Origin: Myxococcales bacterium
GTDB taxonomy: Bacteria; Myxococcota_A; Polyangia; Polyangiales; Ga0077539
Assembly: GCA_030652255.1 (NCBI GenBank)
Contig: JAUSAZ010000005.1
Location: 6,685 to 70,684, forward strand
Direction: 5' to 3'
Length of the DNA: 64,000 nt
The translations under genes and the position numbers were made by a program. How positions within the stretch are numbered: position 1 is the first letter of the stretch; the number at the start of each line of letters is the position of its first letter. Shown in pieces: positions 16,716-27,617 of the stretch. The notes under the pieces were generated by a model that did not search any database, had not been told where the DNA came from, and worked only from the letters and a program-made list of their open reading frames with translations.

Positions 16716-18233
16716 TCAGCCGGGTGACGTCCCGCCGTCGGAGGACGTCTCGGCGTCGGGCGACGTTCCGCCGTCGGAGAATCCGCCGTCGGGCAGCGTC
16801 GACGGGCAGATGCCGGTCATGGAGATGCAGAGGCCCGACAGGCAGCAGTAGCGCACGCTGTCGGGGTCGCTGCTCGTCCGGCAGGGGTTGCAGTCGAGGT
16901 CCGTGCCGCACGACGACGGGCAGGCAATAGGGCCGCTGCCGCAGACGCCGCCGACGCACCGCTGCCCCGGGGCGCAGGCGAGGCCGCACCCGCCGCAGTG
17001 GCTGTTGGACGTGCGGGTGTCGACCTCGCAGCCGTTGGTGTCTGCGCCGTCGCAGCTCGCGTAGCCCGTCGTGCAGACCAGGGCGCAGCCGTCGGCCACG
17101 CAGCGAGCGGGCGCGTTGGCGCTCGCCGAGCAGACCACGCTGCCGTACCCGAGTCCGTCGGCGTTGCAGACCTGCGCGGTGGTCGCGTCGACGCACCCGC
17201 CTGGCGCGCCGGGGGTGCACACCCGGGCGAGGCACGCCCCGGCCGAGCAGGACTGTCCCTCCAGGCACGAGACGGGCGCCTCGTAGCCGAGGCCATCGGC
17301 GCGGCACGCGCGACGAAGGGTGCCGTCGACGCACTCGGCGCTGCCGGGGGTGCACACCCGCATGACGCAGCGGCCGTCGAGGCACGACTGCCCGGCCGCG
17401 CAGGGGGTGGTGGTGGCGAGCGAGCCGCGGGCGTCGCAGGTGCGAGTGGTCATGGTGTCGACGCAGACGGCGCTCGACGGCACGCACACGAGGCGGCGGC
17501 ATAGCCCGGAGGGCGCGCAGAAGGCCCCGGCGCCGCAGTCGAGGTCGGCCACGCAGTCGACGCAGCGACCCGCCGTGACGTCGCAGACCATGCCGAGCTG
17601 GCTGCACTGGACCGACGAGCGACACGGCGTGTCCGCGACGCACGAGTGGGTGACGCAGCGCTCCCCGGCGTCGCAGTCGAGGTCGACGCTGCACCGGACG
17701 CAGCTCTGCGCCGTGGGGTCGCACACCTCGCCCGGGCACATCCGCGAGGAGGTGCAGACGTTGCGAACGACGCAGAGACCACCGGCACACACGGGCCGCT
17801 CGGAGGGGCACTCGGGATCGGACGAACACTCGACGCAGCGGCGCAGGAGCGACGAGCAGATCGCCCCGCCCGCGCAGTCACTGGACGAACGACACGTGGG
17901 CCCCACGTCGGCCGTGGACACATCGATGGAGGGGACGTCGATGGAGGAGACGTCGATGGAGGCATCATCAACGGAGGGGACGTCGATGGAGGGGACGTCG
18001 ACGGAGGGGGCATCGTCGAGCGGGGTCACGTCGACGGCGGAGTCCGGTGCTGGGGCATCGTCGACCGCGGCCTCTGGGGCAGCGGCGTCGGGCGCGGGGC
18101 TGTCCGCGGCGATCACATCGGAGGCGGCGAGGTCATCGGTCGTCAGCGCGTCGGGACCATCCAACAGGGTGCTTCCGTTGGACGAGCAGGCGAGGCAGCA
18201 CAGCACGACGCCCAGGACCCCGATTCGACGCAT
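16716..18233 (-). CDS. Cys-rich repeat surface lipoprotein (myxobacterial type)
   Basis: Lipobox CLAC; IDV/S-rich linker; many CxxDxDC repeats and a CDGADTNGCEVDTRTSNSHCGGCG repeat. Confidence 0.85.
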   Translation of the reverse strand: MRRIGVLGVVLCCLACSSNGSTLLDGPDALTTDDLAASDVIAADSPAPDAAAPEAAVDDAPAPDSAVDVTPLDDAPSVDVPSIDVPSVDDASIDVSSIDVPSIDVSTADVGPTCRSSSDCAGGAICSSLLRRCVECSSDPECPSERPVCAGGLCVVRNVCTSSRMCPGEVCDPTAQSCVRCSVDLDCDAGERCVTHSCVADTPCRSSVQCSQLGMVCDVTAGRCVDCVADLDCGAGAFCAPSGLCRRLVCVPSSAVCVDTMTTRTCDARGSLATTTPCAAGQSCLDGRCVMRVCTPGSAECVDGTLRRACRADGLGYEAPVSCLEGQSCSAGACLARVCTPGAPGGCVDATTAQVCNADGLGYGSVVCSASANAPARCVADGCALVCTTGYASCDGADTNGCEVDTRTSNSHCGGCGLACAPGQRCVGGVCGSGPIACPSSCGTDLDCNPCRTSSDPDSVRYCCLSGLCISMTGICPSTLPDGGFSDGGTSPDAETSSDGGTSPG

Positions 18234-18293
18234 GGGGAAGACTCTCCGGGGCCCCGCGCTCGTGTCAACCCGTCGGGCGGGGCGAAATCGCGC

Positions 18294-19082
18294 TCACCAC
18301 CACTCCCAGTGCCAGGGCTCCGTGGGCACCGTCCGGCGGAACCCGAAGCGCCGGGCGTTGCGCTCCAGCCAGCGGAGCACGCCGGGCGTAGAGGTGTTGA
18401 GGTCGAGCGCGTGGCCGCTCTGGTGGTTGGAGTGCCCCGGGACCGCCGCGAGGTTGCCCCGCCCCCGCCGGTACGCGCGGTAGAGCGCCTGCTGGTGGGC
18501 CATCGTCCGGAAGCCGCTGGCGATGCGCAGCCTCACCCGGTCGCGCAGCGCGGCGTCGCGCATCCGGGTGAAGGCCGCCGCGGTGTGCACCTCCACCGGC
18601 TTGGCGTCGAGGCGCGTCACCACGATGCGAACCGCCCGGCCGTCGACGTATCCCTGCGCCGGGCCCTCGGGCACGTTGTCGGAGGTGACCACCGCCCCGT
18701 CGCGCCGTCGCGGCGTCGCGCCCGCCGCCGGCGCCGCCGCGGCGACCACCCCCGCCTCGGCCGCCGACTCGTCGATGATCACCACCGCCCCCGCGTCCGA
18801 CGGGGCCTCGTCGAGGTCGTCCATGACCCCGTCGCCCACCGTCTCGGGGTTGGCCTCCTGGGAGAGCAGCGCCCCGCCCGCGTCGGGCGTCGCGGCCGCC
18901 ATCGCCGTCGCGACCGGCGCTCGCCCGGCCTGCACCACGCCCACCGCGCTGCCGCCGAGCATGCCCCCGAGGCTCGCGCACAGCGCCGCGAGGGCCACGA
19001 GCCCGACGCGCGATTGCGGCGGCGGCGACAGCGGCGTCGGCGGCGGCGGATCAGGCAACGTCGTGGGGAGACCTTCGCTCAT
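18294..19082 (-). CDS. M15 family (VanY-like D,D-carboxypeptidase) metallopeptidase
   Basis: ASGFRT...Q, SNHQSGHALD and EPWHW zinc-peptidase motifs; N-terminal TM anchor. Confidence 0.92.
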   Translation of the reverse strand: MSEGLPTTLPDPPPPTPLSPPPQSRVGLVALAALCASLGGMLGGSAVGVVQAGRAPVATAMAAATPDAGGALLSQEANPETVGDGVMDDLDEAPSDAGAVVIIDESAAEAGVVAAAAPAAGATPRRRDGAVVTSDNVPEGPAQGYVDGRAVRIVVTRLDAKPVEVHTAAAFTRMRDAALRDRVRLRIASGFRTMAHQQALYRAYRRGRGNLAAVPGHSNHQSGHALDLNTSTPGVLRWLERNARRFGFRRTVPTEPWHWEWW

Positions 19083-19340
19083 CGCTGGCGACGTGGGAGG
19101 CTAGCAGGGTCGCGGCGCCGCCCACCCAACGATGTGCGCGGGCCGCGGTGTTCTCCCCACGCCGGACGCTCCCCCCCCACCGTCGGGGGAGGCGCGCCGG
19201 GGGGGGTAGACATCCCTCGGGTCGGGCCCGACGTTCGAGAAGCCACAGAGCCGGGCGCTTGACCTGCGGCGTAGGAGTGCGGCACTCACGCCATCGGGCG
19301 CAGCGCTCGGCGGCAGACAACGGATGGAGGGTTCTCCCAA

Positions 19341-19991
19341 GTGACGACGGACGGCGGACAATCAAGCGGACCCCACACCGCCCGCGTGGTGAAGCGGTAC
19401 AGCAACCGCAAGCTCTACGACACGGTCGAGAGCCGCTACGTCACGCTGCCGCAGATCGCGGAGTACGTCCGCCAGGGCGAAGACGTCCGGATCATCGACA
19501 ACACCACGAAGGAAGACCTCACGCGGATGACGCTGGCGCAGATCCTCTACGAGGAGGAGCGCAAGCAGAGCCGCCTGCCCCTGGGGGCGCTGAAGGAGCT
19601 CTTGCACTCGTCGAGCGAGCGCATCCTCTCGGCGGTGCGCGACACCCCGATGGGCAAGCTCATCGCCCGCGGCGACGCCCCTCCGACCGAAGACGCTCCC
19701 CCCGACGAGTCCCCCGAGCCGGCGCCCCCGGCAGCCGCGGCCCCTGCCGCTGCCGCCGCCCCGGCCGAGCCCGGGCGGGTGGAGAAGTTCGTCGAGCAGT
19801 CCCGTGAGGCCATCGACCAGTGGCAGCACCGGGTTGACCACCAGATGAAGTCGTTCTGGGAGGGCATCAACCCGATGGCCCAGATCGAGGCCCTCCAGGC
19901 GGAGGTTCGGCGGCTCAACCAGCGGGTCGAGGCCCTCGAGGCCGAGCGCCGCCAGGGTGATCCCAAGGCTGATCCGGGGCACCGGGAATAG
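19341..19991 (+). CDS. PhaR-type (polyhydroxyalkanoate regulator) DNA-binding domain protein
   Basis: [21 protein letters not shown]...[16 protein letters not shown]; C-terminal coiled coil. Confidence 0.9.
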   Translation: MTTDGGQSSGPHTARVVKRYSNRKLYDTVESRYVTLPQIAEYVRQGEDVRIIDNTTKEDLTRMTLAQILYEEERKQSRLPLGALKELLHSSSERILSAVRDTPMGKLIARGDAPPTEDAPPDESPEPAPPAAAAPAAAAAPAEPGRVEKFVEQSREAIDQWQHRVDHQMKSFWEGINPMAQIEALQAEVRRLNQRVEALEAERRQGDPKADPGHRE

Positions 19992-20044
19992 ATCGCCCCC
20001 TTGCCAGGGTTCACCACCATGCTTCTCTTGCCGCGCCAAGGAAC

Positions 20045-20668
20045 ATGATGGACCCCACGCAACGTCGTAAGCTCTTCGAGGCCGAGGTGCTCCCCCACCT
20101 CGACGCCATGCATCGCACGGCCTCCCAGTTCACCCGAAGCCCCAGCGACGCCGACGACCTGGTCCAGGACGCGGTCATCAAGGCGTGGCGCTTCTTCGAG
20201 AGCTACGAGCGCGGCACCAACATCCGCGCGTGGCTCCTCAAGATCGTCACCAACGTCTTCTATTCCAAGCACCGCCGCAACACGCTGGAGGGCAACGTCC
20301 ACGCGATGGCCACGGTCGACCCGATCTCCGACGGGTGGATCAGCGCCTCGTCGATGAACGCCCAGCGCGAGCCCGAGCGCGTGGCCGAGCGCCCGCTGCT
20401 CGAGCGCTCGGTGGCCGAGGCGCTGAAAGACCTGCCGGAAGATTTCCGCCAGGTGCTGGTTCTGGTCGACGTGGAAGGGCTGACGTACCGCGAGGTCGCG
20501 GAGGCGATGAATTGCCCGATGGGCACGGTGATGTCCCGGCTCCACCGGGCGCGCCGCGCGGTCGCCCTGAAGCTGGGCATCGCGCCCGAGCAGTCGGGCG
20601 CCAACAACGAACACGAAGCGGCGAAGGTGGTGGAGATGAACAGCTTCCGTCGCCGCAAGGAGGCATAG
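20045..20668 (+). CDS. ECF RNA polymerase sigma factor
   Basis: DADDLVQDA, NIRAWLLKIVTN, LTYREVAEAMNCPMGTVMSRLHRAR. Confidence 0.95.
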   Translation: MMDPTQRRKLFEAEVLPHLDAMHRTASQFTRSPSDADDLVQDAVIKAWRFFESYERGTNIRAWLLKIVTNVFYSKHRRNTLEGNVHAMATVDPISDGWISASSMNAQREPERVAERPLLERSVAEALKDLPEDFRQVLVLVDVEGLTYREVAEAMNCPMGTVMSRLHRARRAVALKLGIAPEQSGANNEHEAAKVVEMNSFRRRKEA

Positions 20669-20672
20669 ACGG

Positions 20673-21482
20673 ATGACCGTGAGTTGCGAACAGGCGACGC
20701 GGTGGACCGACGCATGGATCGACGGGGAGCTCGACCCAAGCGCGGCCCTGCTCGTGGAAGATCACCTCGCCGGGTGCGCGTGCTGCCGGGCCGAGGCCGA
20801 CATGATACGCAAGCTCAAGCGCGGCCTCGGGGCGCTGCGCGAGGACTGCGCGCCGACGGCGCTGCGCTTCCGCATCACGGCGGCCCTCGACGCGTGCGAG
20901 CGCGAGCAGGAGTCCGAGCGCGCCGCGGTGGCCCGCAAGAAGCACGCGCGCAACTTCGCGCTGGCGGGCGCGGCCCTCGCGGGCGTGGTGCTCGCCAACG
21001 GCATCAAGCTGCGCACCGGGGCGCCGTCGGGCCCGATGACCACGGCGGGGATGCTCCCGGTGGTGGAAGACATCGCCGAGCGCCACGCGCGCGAGCTGCC
21101 GGTGGAGGTCACCAACAGTGACCCCGCGGCGGTCACCCAGTGGTTTCGCGGGAAGATGGACATCCCCGTGCGGCCGGTGATGTTCCGGGGGATGACGGCC
21201 CGGCTCGTGGGGGCGCGCATCTCCAACGTGCAGAACCAGATGGCCGCGGCGCTCACCTACGACGTCGACGGCCGGCGCATGACCGTGTTCGTGTTCGACA
21301 ACGCCCGCATGCCGCGCATCGCCGGGTCGACCGCGACGGTGCACGGCCGCCCGACCTACACCACCTCGGCGCACGGCTACACGGTGACCTTCACCGAGCA
21401 GCAGGGCATCGGGTACGCCATCGCCTCCGACCTGCCCCCGCAGGAGTGCGCCCGCATCGTGGCCCACGCCGAGATGCGCTGA
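20673..21482 (+). CDS. Zinc-binding (ZAS) transmembrane anti-sigma factor
   Basis: WIDGELD...HLAGCACC (HxxxCxxC), one TM helix and an extracytoplasmic domain; directly follows the ECF sigma. Confidence 0.9.
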   Translation: MTVSCEQATRWTDAWIDGELDPSAALLVEDHLAGCACCRAEADMIRKLKRGLGALREDCAPTALRFRITAALDACEREQESERAAVARKKHARNFALAGAALAGVVLANGIKLRTGAPSGPMTTAGMLPVVEDIAERHARELPVEVTNSDPAAVTQWFRGKMDIPVRPVMFRGMTARLVGARISNVQNQMAAALTYDVDGRRMTVFVFDNARMPRIAGSTATVHGRPTYTTSAHGYTVTFTEQQGIGYAIASDLPPQECARIVAHAEMR

Positions 21483-21615
21483 GAAGGTCAGCACAACCCT
21501 GCTGCGCCCCCCGATCCAGCGGTCGGCCGCGCTCGAAATACCCCGCGTATGTCTCGCGCGGCCTCCCTCGTCTCGGGGTGCTCGCGACGGGTTGTGCTGA
21601 CCTTCTGAGCGTCGC

Positions 21616-22536
21616 TCAGCGGCCGTCGCGGAGCGCGTCGAGCATCGACTGCACGGCGGCGCGCACGCGGGCGTCGTGGGCGACCACCATGGCGTCGGTG
21701 ACCTCGTCGCCAGCGCCCAGCTCGGGGGGCACGGGGATGGGCGCGCCCAGGCGGTAGCGCAGGGTGGTGGGCACCGGGATGTGCGGCCACGGCCCGATGG
21801 CGAGGCCCCACGGCAGCGACAGGTGCACCGGGAAGACCTCGGCCCGCGCGATGGCCCGCAGGCCCACGGCGCGCGCGAAGCGGTGGCCGTCGCTGAGCAC
21901 GATGAGGGTCTCGTGGGCGCCCGCGTGGGCCACCGGCACGATGGGCACCCGCGCCTGCAGCGCCAGCCGCGCGTAGCCCGTGCGACCCGCGAACTCGACC
22001 TCGTAGCGACGGGAGTACGGTCGCCAGGTATCCCGGTCGCCGCCGGGCATCACCATGAGGTCGCGCCCCCGGGTGAGCGCCTCGCGGGCGAGGATCGGGT
22101 TCGCGTGGATGACGCCGCGGCGGGCGAACCAGCGCCCGATGCGCTCGTTGGCGAAGATGAGCTCGTGGCCGGAGGGATGGATCGGGCGCGCGGTGCCGAA
22201 GCGCCGGTACCAGAACCACAGGAAGCCCCACACGTCGGGGATGATGGTTCCGCCGGAGTGGTTGGAGACGATCATCACGGGCGAGGGGGGCAGGGCCTCG
22301 ATGCCCCGCACGTCGACGCGAAACCACCCCCGCGGGCCGAACACCGGGCCCGAGAGCGCGTCGATGGTCTCGAGCACCGTGGCCGCGTCGAAGTGCTCGA
22401 GGTCGCGGCCCCAGTCCATGCGGTCGGTGCCACGTAGCAGGCGGTGCAGAAAGGTCTGGGTTCTCTCCAACTGGGTTCTCTCCTGCGCAGCGGCGGACCG
22501 TGTCACCAATTGGCGCCTGGGCCCCCGGGCGGCCAC
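21616..22536 (-). CDS. Lysophospholipid/PlsC-type acyltransferase
   Basis: VSNHSGG (HxxxxD-type block), MPGGDRD, VPIVPVAHAGAHE; start uncertain. Confidence 0.88.
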   Translation of the reverse strand: MAARGPRRQLVTRSAAAQERTQLERTQTFLHRLLRGTDRMDWGRDLEHFDAATVLETIDALSGPVFGPRGWFRVDVRGIEALPPSPVMIVSNHSGGTIIPDVWGFLWFWYRRFGTARPIHPSGHELIFANERIGRWFARRGVIHANPILAREALTRGRDLMVMPGGDRDTWRPYSRRYEVEFAGRTGYARLALQARVPIVPVAHAGAHETLIVLSDGHRFARAVGLRAIARAEVFPVHLSLPWGLAIGPWPHIPVPTTLRYRLGAPIPVPPELGAGDEVTDAMVVAHDARVRAAVQSMLDALRDGR

Positions 22537-22547
22537 CCTGTAAATGC

Positions 22548-23423
22548 ATGCCCGCCTTCACCGACCGCGCCTCGCTCCTCAACCTCCAGGTACGGGGCTG
22601 GCGACGGCGGCACGTCGAGACCCGCTCGGGCCGCGTGCACCTCGTCGAGGCGGAGGGCGACGGCGCGCTGCCGCCGGTGGTGCTCCTGCACGGCTTCACC
22701 GCCGCGGGCGCCCACTACGGCCCGCTGTTGGAGCGCCTGCGTCGCACCTCGCGCCACGTCCTGGCGCCCGACCTCCCCGCCCATGGCTTCAGCGACTCGC
22801 CGGTCGAGCTCGGCCTCGACGCCCTCTACCTCGGCCTCCGCGACGCGCTCGACCAGTGCCTCGACGGCCCCTCCATGCTGGTGGGCAACTCCCTCGGCGG
22901 CGCGCTCGCCGTCCGCTACGCCATCGACCGGCCGCAGCGGGTGCTCGGCCTCGCGCTGCTCTCGCCGGGCGGCGCCCCCATGAGCACCCCAGAGCTCGCC
23001 GCCCTCAAGGCGCTCTTCGACGTGCGCTCCGACGCCGACGCGCTGGCCTTCGTCGACCGGGTGATGGTGCGCCCCGGCGCGATGCGGCGGCTCTACGCCT
23101 ACGGCATCCGCGGGGGGTTCGCGAGGCCCGCGATCCGCTCGATCCTCGCGGCGATGACCACGGCGGACTGCCTCCACCCCGAGGAGCTGCGCTCGCTCGC
23201 GATGCCCGTGCGGGTGATGTGGGGCGAGCACGAGCGGGTGCTCCCCCCGAGCGGCCGCGCCTTCTTCGAGGCGAACCTCCCGGCGCAGGGGAGGGTCGAG
23301 CTGCACCGCGACATCGGCCACTGCCCCCACCTCGACGACCTCGACCACACGACGCGCACCCTGGTGCGCTGGGGCCGGGAGTTCACGCCAGGCGCGCACA
23401 CCCCGACGCATCGGCACCGCTGA
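22548..23423 (+). CDS. Alpha/beta hydrolase
   Basis: LLHGF, PDLPAHGFS, nucleophile elbow GNSLGG, WGEHE, GHCPH. Confidence 0.92.
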   Translation: MPAFTDRASLLNLQVRGWRRRHVETRSGRVHLVEAEGDGALPPVVLLHGFTAAGAHYGPLLERLRRTSRHVLAPDLPAHGFSDSPVELGLDALYLGLRDALDQCLDGPSMLVGNSLGGALAVRYAIDRPQRVLGLALLSPGGAPMSTPELAALKALFDVRSDADALAFVDRVMVRPGAMRRLYAYGIRGGFARPAIRSILAAMTTADCLHPEELRSLAMPVRVMWGEHERVLPPSGRAFFEANLPAQGRVELHRDIGHCPHLDDLDHTTRTLVRWGREFTPGAHTPTHRHR

Positions 23424-23481
23424 GGCGGGCACCAGGGCGGAGGTCGCGCCTCCAGGGGCGGTGGAGTAGGGTGCCGCCGCG

Positions 23482-24237
23482 ATGTTCAGACATCATGGCC
23501 CGGGGCGCTCGTCCCAGGAGAATCGGGTCGTCGCCAGCTACCTCGCCCTCGTCGGGGGCTTCGTCAACTCCGCGGGCTTCGTGGTGATCGGCACCTTCAC
23601 GTCCCACGTCACGGGCAACGTCGGGCGGCTCTCCAACGACCTCGCAGGAGCCCACTTCGGCGCGGCCGCGACGGCGCTGACGATGCTGTTCGCGTTCTTC
23701 TCCGGCGCCCTCGTCGCGAGCATGGTGACCGAGAGCCATTTCTTCGGCCGCAACCCCGCGGGCTACGGCGTGGCGCTGCTCACCGAGGCCGCGCTCCTGC
23801 TGCTCTTCATGGGCGCGGCCACCCTCACGCCCGCGGCCCACCCGCGGCTCATGGACCTCTCGGCCGCGATCCTGTGCGCCTCGATGGGCATGCAGAACAG
23901 CCTGGTGACCCGGCTCTCCGGCGCGGTGGTCCGCACCACGCACCTCACCGGCGTCATCACCGACCTGGGCATCGAGGCCGGGCGCTGGTTTCGTTGGTGG
24001 CGTGTGTCCCTGTCCCAACGGATGCGCGTGAAGCTCGCCTTCGGGGAGAACCCCCCGGAGCGCCCGTCCGGACCCAAGGCCGAGCTGCTCATCACCATCA
24101 CGGTGTCCTTCGTGGCGGGGGCCATCGCGGGCGCGGGCCTCGGGGCCCGGCTGAGGCACGTCGCGATGGTGATCCCCGCCGTGGCCGTCGCCGCCCTCGG
24201 GGTCTACGCCCTGCTACAGCATCGCGGCGAGGAATAG
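23482..24237 (+). CDS. DUF1275 (YoaK-like) membrane protein
   Basis: GGFVNSAGF, FTSHVTGNV, MGMQNS, VRTTHLTGVITDLG. Confidence 0.9.
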   Translation: MFRHHGPGRSSQENRVVASYLALVGGFVNSAGFVVIGTFTSHVTGNVGRLSNDLAGAHFGAAATALTMLFAFFSGALVASMVTESHFFGRNPAGYGVALLTEAALLLLFMGAATLTPAAHPRLMDLSAAILCASMGMQNSLVTRLSGAVVRTTHLTGVITDLGIEAGRWFRWWRVSLSQRMRVKLAFGENPPERPSGPKAELLITITVSFVAGAIAGAGLGARLRHVAMVIPAVAVAALGVYALLQHRGEE

Positions 24238-24322
24238 GGGGCCGCGCAACCCGCGCCGTCGACGGGGCATCAAACACCTCGATCGGCGTCTCCTCGGCGG
24301 GGCATCGCCGTGGAGACCGACC

Positions 24323-25738
24323 ATGAACACCACGAACTCATCGATGCGCGCTGGCGCCCTCGCGCTGGCGCTCGCGGGCTGCTCGGACGACCCCGCGGCC
24401 GCCCCCGACGCCGCGGTCGACGCGGCCGCCCCGACGCCCCTCGTCAGCTGCGTCTACACCAACGCCTTCTCCATGGCCGAGGAGTGCCGCGAGTACACCG
24501 ACCCCCGGTGGACCGACGCCCTCATCGCCACGGACTGCACCACCGCCCGCGGCACCCTCCGCCCCGGCGTCGCGTGCGCCTACCCCGACGCGCTCGGCAC
24601 CTGCGACGTCCGCATCCCCAACGTGCGCACCACCCGCCTGACCTTCCCCGGCAGCGAGGCCTCGCGCTGCGCCGCCACGCGCACCGGCTGCACCGTCTTC
24701 GCCCGCGGAACCTTCACCCCGAGCGCCCTCTGCGCGAGCGCCGTCGGCGACGCTGGCGCCGCCCCCACGGACGCCGCGACGGGGGGCTTCCCCACCTACC
24801 AGCCCGCCGTGCGCGAGTGCCGCGCCCCGCGCCCCGGCGAGGCCCCGGGCGCCTCGGCCGGGGGTCAGGTGTGCACCTGGTCGGCCGTGTCGGGCGCCAC
24901 CGAGGAGGGCCGACGCTACGACGACTACGCCTCGTGTGATCGCGTGCGCACCCAGCGGCCGTACTACCCGCGGCCCCCGGGGCCGGCGCGCGCCGCCCCC
25001 GACACACGCCTCCAGGACCCTGCCTACGCCGCCGAGCTCGCGTGGGTTCGGGGCCAGGTCGAGGCGAGCGCGTGCGTGTGCTGCCACGCCACCCGCACCT
25101 CGCCCGCCGGGCCGTCCAACTGGTACATCGACGCGCCCGGCAACTGGATGGACAGCTTCTTCGACTCCGGGCTCGCGCTCGGCGCGGGGTGGGTCGACTC
25201 CACCGCCCTCGGCGCCTATCCCGCCGAGCAGAACAACGGCTTCGCGCGCACCACGTCGGGGGTTCCGAGCACCGACCCCGCCCGCATGGCGAGGTTCTTC
25301 CAGCAGGAGCTCGCGCACCGCGGGCGCACCCGCGAGTCCTTCGCCACCACACCCCCCTTCGGCGGACCCATCGCCGCGCAGCTCACCTTCATGCCCGCCG
25401 CGTGCACCGGCACCGACGGCCTCGGGAGCGACGGCGCGCTCCGCTGGTCGGGCGGCCGCGCGCGCTACCTCTACGTGCTCGAGCAGGGCACGCCGAACCC
25501 CGGCGTCCCGCCCAACCTCGACCTGCCCACCGGCACCCGATGGCTCGCGGAGGTCCCCTTCACGGCCGAGCCCTTCGCGAGCGGCGTCGCCTACGGGACC
25601 CTCCCCCCCAACGCCACCCAGCGTGTGCCCGCCACCGGCGCGCCCCCCGCGCTCGCCCCGGGCGCGACGTACTACCTCTATGTGCTGGAGGACGTCGGCA
25701 TCCCGATCACCCGCTGCCTCTTCACCGTCCCCCGCTGA
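24323..25738 (+). CDS. Hypothetical Cys-rich lipoprotein with one CxxCH motif
   Basis: Lipobox LAGC; several paired Cys; ASACVCCHATR. Confidence 0.75.
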   Translation: MNTTNSSMRAGALALALAGCSDDPAAAPDAAVDAAAPTPLVSCVYTNAFSMAEECREYTDPRWTDALIATDCTTARGTLRPGVACAYPDALGTCDVRIPNVRTTRLTFPGSEASRCAATRTGCTVFARGTFTPSALCASAVGDAGAAPTDAATGGFPTYQPAVRECRAPRPGEAPGASAGGQVCTWSAVSGATEEGRRYDDYASCDRVRTQRPYYPRPPGPARAAPDTRLQDPAYAAELAWVRGQVEASACVCCHATRTSPAGPSNWYIDAPGNWMDSFFDSGLALGAGWVDSTALGAYPAEQNNGFARTTSGVPSTDPARMARFFQQELAHRGRTRESFATTPPFGGPIAAQLTFMPAACTGTDGLGSDGALRWSGGRARYLYVLEQGTPNPGVPPNLDLPTGTRWLAEVPFTAEPFASGVAYGTLPPNATQRVPATGAPPALAPGATYYLYVLEDVGIPITRCLFTVPR

Positions 25739-25798
25739 CGACACAAAGCCCGCCGCGGGAGTGGCTCCGGCCGCCCCGCCTCGTGTACTCCATCCATC

Positions 25799-27565
25799 AT
25801 GGATTACGACCTCAAGATCACCGGTGGGACCCTGGTCGACGGCACCGGCGCCCCCGCCCGCCGCGCCGACGTGGCCGTGCGTGACGGGCGCATCGTGGCG
25901 GTGGGCGAGTGCCCCGGCGCGGCGGCCCGCACCCTCGACGCCGACGGGGCGATCGTCACCCCGGGCTTCGTCGACATCCACTGCCACTACGACGGCCAGG
26001 TGTCCTGGGACGAGACCCTCTCGCCCTCGGCCTCGCACGGCGTCACCACCTGCGTGATCGGCAACTGCGGGGTGGGCTTCGCGCCGGTGCACGAGCGCGA
26101 CCGCGCGCGGCTCATCGCGCTGATGGAGGGCGTGGAGGACATCCCCGGCTCGGCGCTCGCGGAGGGCATGCAGTGGAGCTGGGAGAGCTTCCCGGAGTTC
26201 CTCGACGCCCTCGCCGCGAAGCCGCGGACCATCGACGTGCTGGCGCAGGTTCCGCACGACGCGCTGCGGGTGTTCGTGATGGGCGACCGCGCCGTGGCCC
26301 ACGGCGTCGCGACCGCCGACGACATCGCCCGGATGCGCGACCTCGTGCGCGAGGCCCTGCTCGCGGGCGCGGCGGGCTTCTCCACCGGGCGCTCGGACAA
26401 CCACGTCTCGGTGACCGGCGAGGCCACCCCCGCGTCGGAGTCCGGAGCCGCCGAGCTGGCGGGCATCGCGCGGGCCTTCGAGGGCCTCTCGCACGGGGTC
26501 CTCCAGGCCGTGAGCGACTTCGACATGCCCAAGGGGCCCGACCGCTTCGACGCGGAGTTCGACGTCATCGAGCGCATGGCCGAGGGAGCCTCCGGGCACC
26601 CGGTGTCCATCTCGCTGATGCAGCGCGACATGGAGCCCGACCAGTGGCGGCGCATCCTGGCGCGGGTCGAGGCCGCCGACGCGCGGGGCGTGCCGATGCG
26701 CGTGCAGGTGGCGCCGCGGGCCATCGGCGTGCTGCTCGGCCTCGAGGCGACCTTCCACCCCTTCATGGGCTTCCCCAGCTACAAGGCCATCGCGCACCTC
26801 CCGCTGGCCGAGCGCGTGGCGGCGATGCGCGACCCGGCCTTCAAGGCCCGGCTGCTCACCGAGCAGTCCGAGAAGGTCGCCGGGGACGGGAGCAAGATCC
26901 CGCCGCTGGCCGACCTGCTGCTCGCGCGCATCGAGATGGTGGCGCTGCGGCTCTTCCGGCTGGGCGTTCGGCCGAGCTACGAGCCCACGGTGGAGCAGTC
27001 GCTCTACGCCGAGGCGCAGGCCACCGGGCGCCCGCCGCTGGACGTCGTGTACGACGCGCTGCTCGACCACGACGGCCACGAGCTGCTGTATTTCCCGCTC
27101 TACAACTACACGGAGTTCTCGCTCGACAACGTGCGCGCGATGCTCGGCCACCCGCTCTCGCTGCTGGGCCTGAGCGACGGCGGCGCCCACGTCGGCACGG
27201 TCTGCGACGCCTCGTACGCCACCTTCGCGCTGATGCACTGGGCGCGCGACCGGGCCGACGGGCGCATCCCCCTGGAGGCGCTGGTGAAGAAGCTCGCCCA
27301 CGACACGGCGCGCTTCATCGGCCTGCGCGACCGCGGCACCGTGGCGGTGGGCCAGCGGGCCGACCTCAACGTCATCGACCTCGCGAACCTGACGCTGCAC
27401 CGCCCTCGGATGACGGCCGACCTCCCGGCGGGCGGCAAGCGCCTCGTGCAGGACGCCACGGGCTACCGAGCGACGCTGGTCGCGGGGCAGGTCATCGTCG
27501 ACCACGACCAGATGACCGACGCGCGGCCGGGGGCGCTCGTGCGGATGGGTCGCGCGGAGGCGTAG
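25799..27565 (+). CDS. N-acyl-D-amino-acid deacylase family amidohydrolase
   Basis: [44 protein letters not shown]. Confidence 0.93.
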   Translation: MDYDLKITGGTLVDGTGAPARRADVAVRDGRIVAVGECPGAAARTLDADGAIVTPGFVDIHCHYDGQVSWDETLSPSASHGVTTCVIGNCGVGFAPVHERDRARLIALMEGVEDIPGSALAEGMQWSWESFPEFLDALAAKPRTIDVLAQVPHDALRVFVMGDRAVAHGVATADDIARMRDLVREALLAGAAGFSTGRSDNHVSVTGEATPASESGAAELAGIARAFEGLSHGVLQAVSDFDMPKGPDRFDAEFDVIERMAEGASGHPVSISLMQRDMEPDQWRRILARVEAADARGVPMRVQVAPRAIGVLLGLEATFHPFMGFPSYKAIAHLPLAERVAAMRDPAFKARLLTEQSEKVAGDGSKIPPLADLLLARIEMVALRLFRLGVRPSYEPTVEQSLYAEAQATGRPPLDVVYDALLDHDGHELLYFPLYNYTEFSLDNVRAMLGHPLSLLGLSDGGAHVGTVCDASYATFALMHWARDRADGRIPLEALVKKLAHDTARFIGLRDRGTVAVGQRADLNVIDLANLTLHRPRMTADLPAGGKRLVQDATGYRATLVAGQVIVDHDQMTDARPGALVRMGRAEA

Positions 27566-27617
27566 CCGGATCCGGACGCGGGCTTGTACCCGCCGCGCCG
27601 CTGGACGAAAACGTCCC

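Noticed and set aside
17910-18010. CRISPR-like repeats (also 37790-37990 and 55800-56190)
   Set aside because: These are in-frame coding repeats with no unique spacers and no cas genes.
19083-19340. ncRNA (6S or tRNA-like) in the 258-nt divergent gap
   Set aside because: Only short G/C-run hairpins and a TTGACC; no cloverleaf or recognisable family signature.
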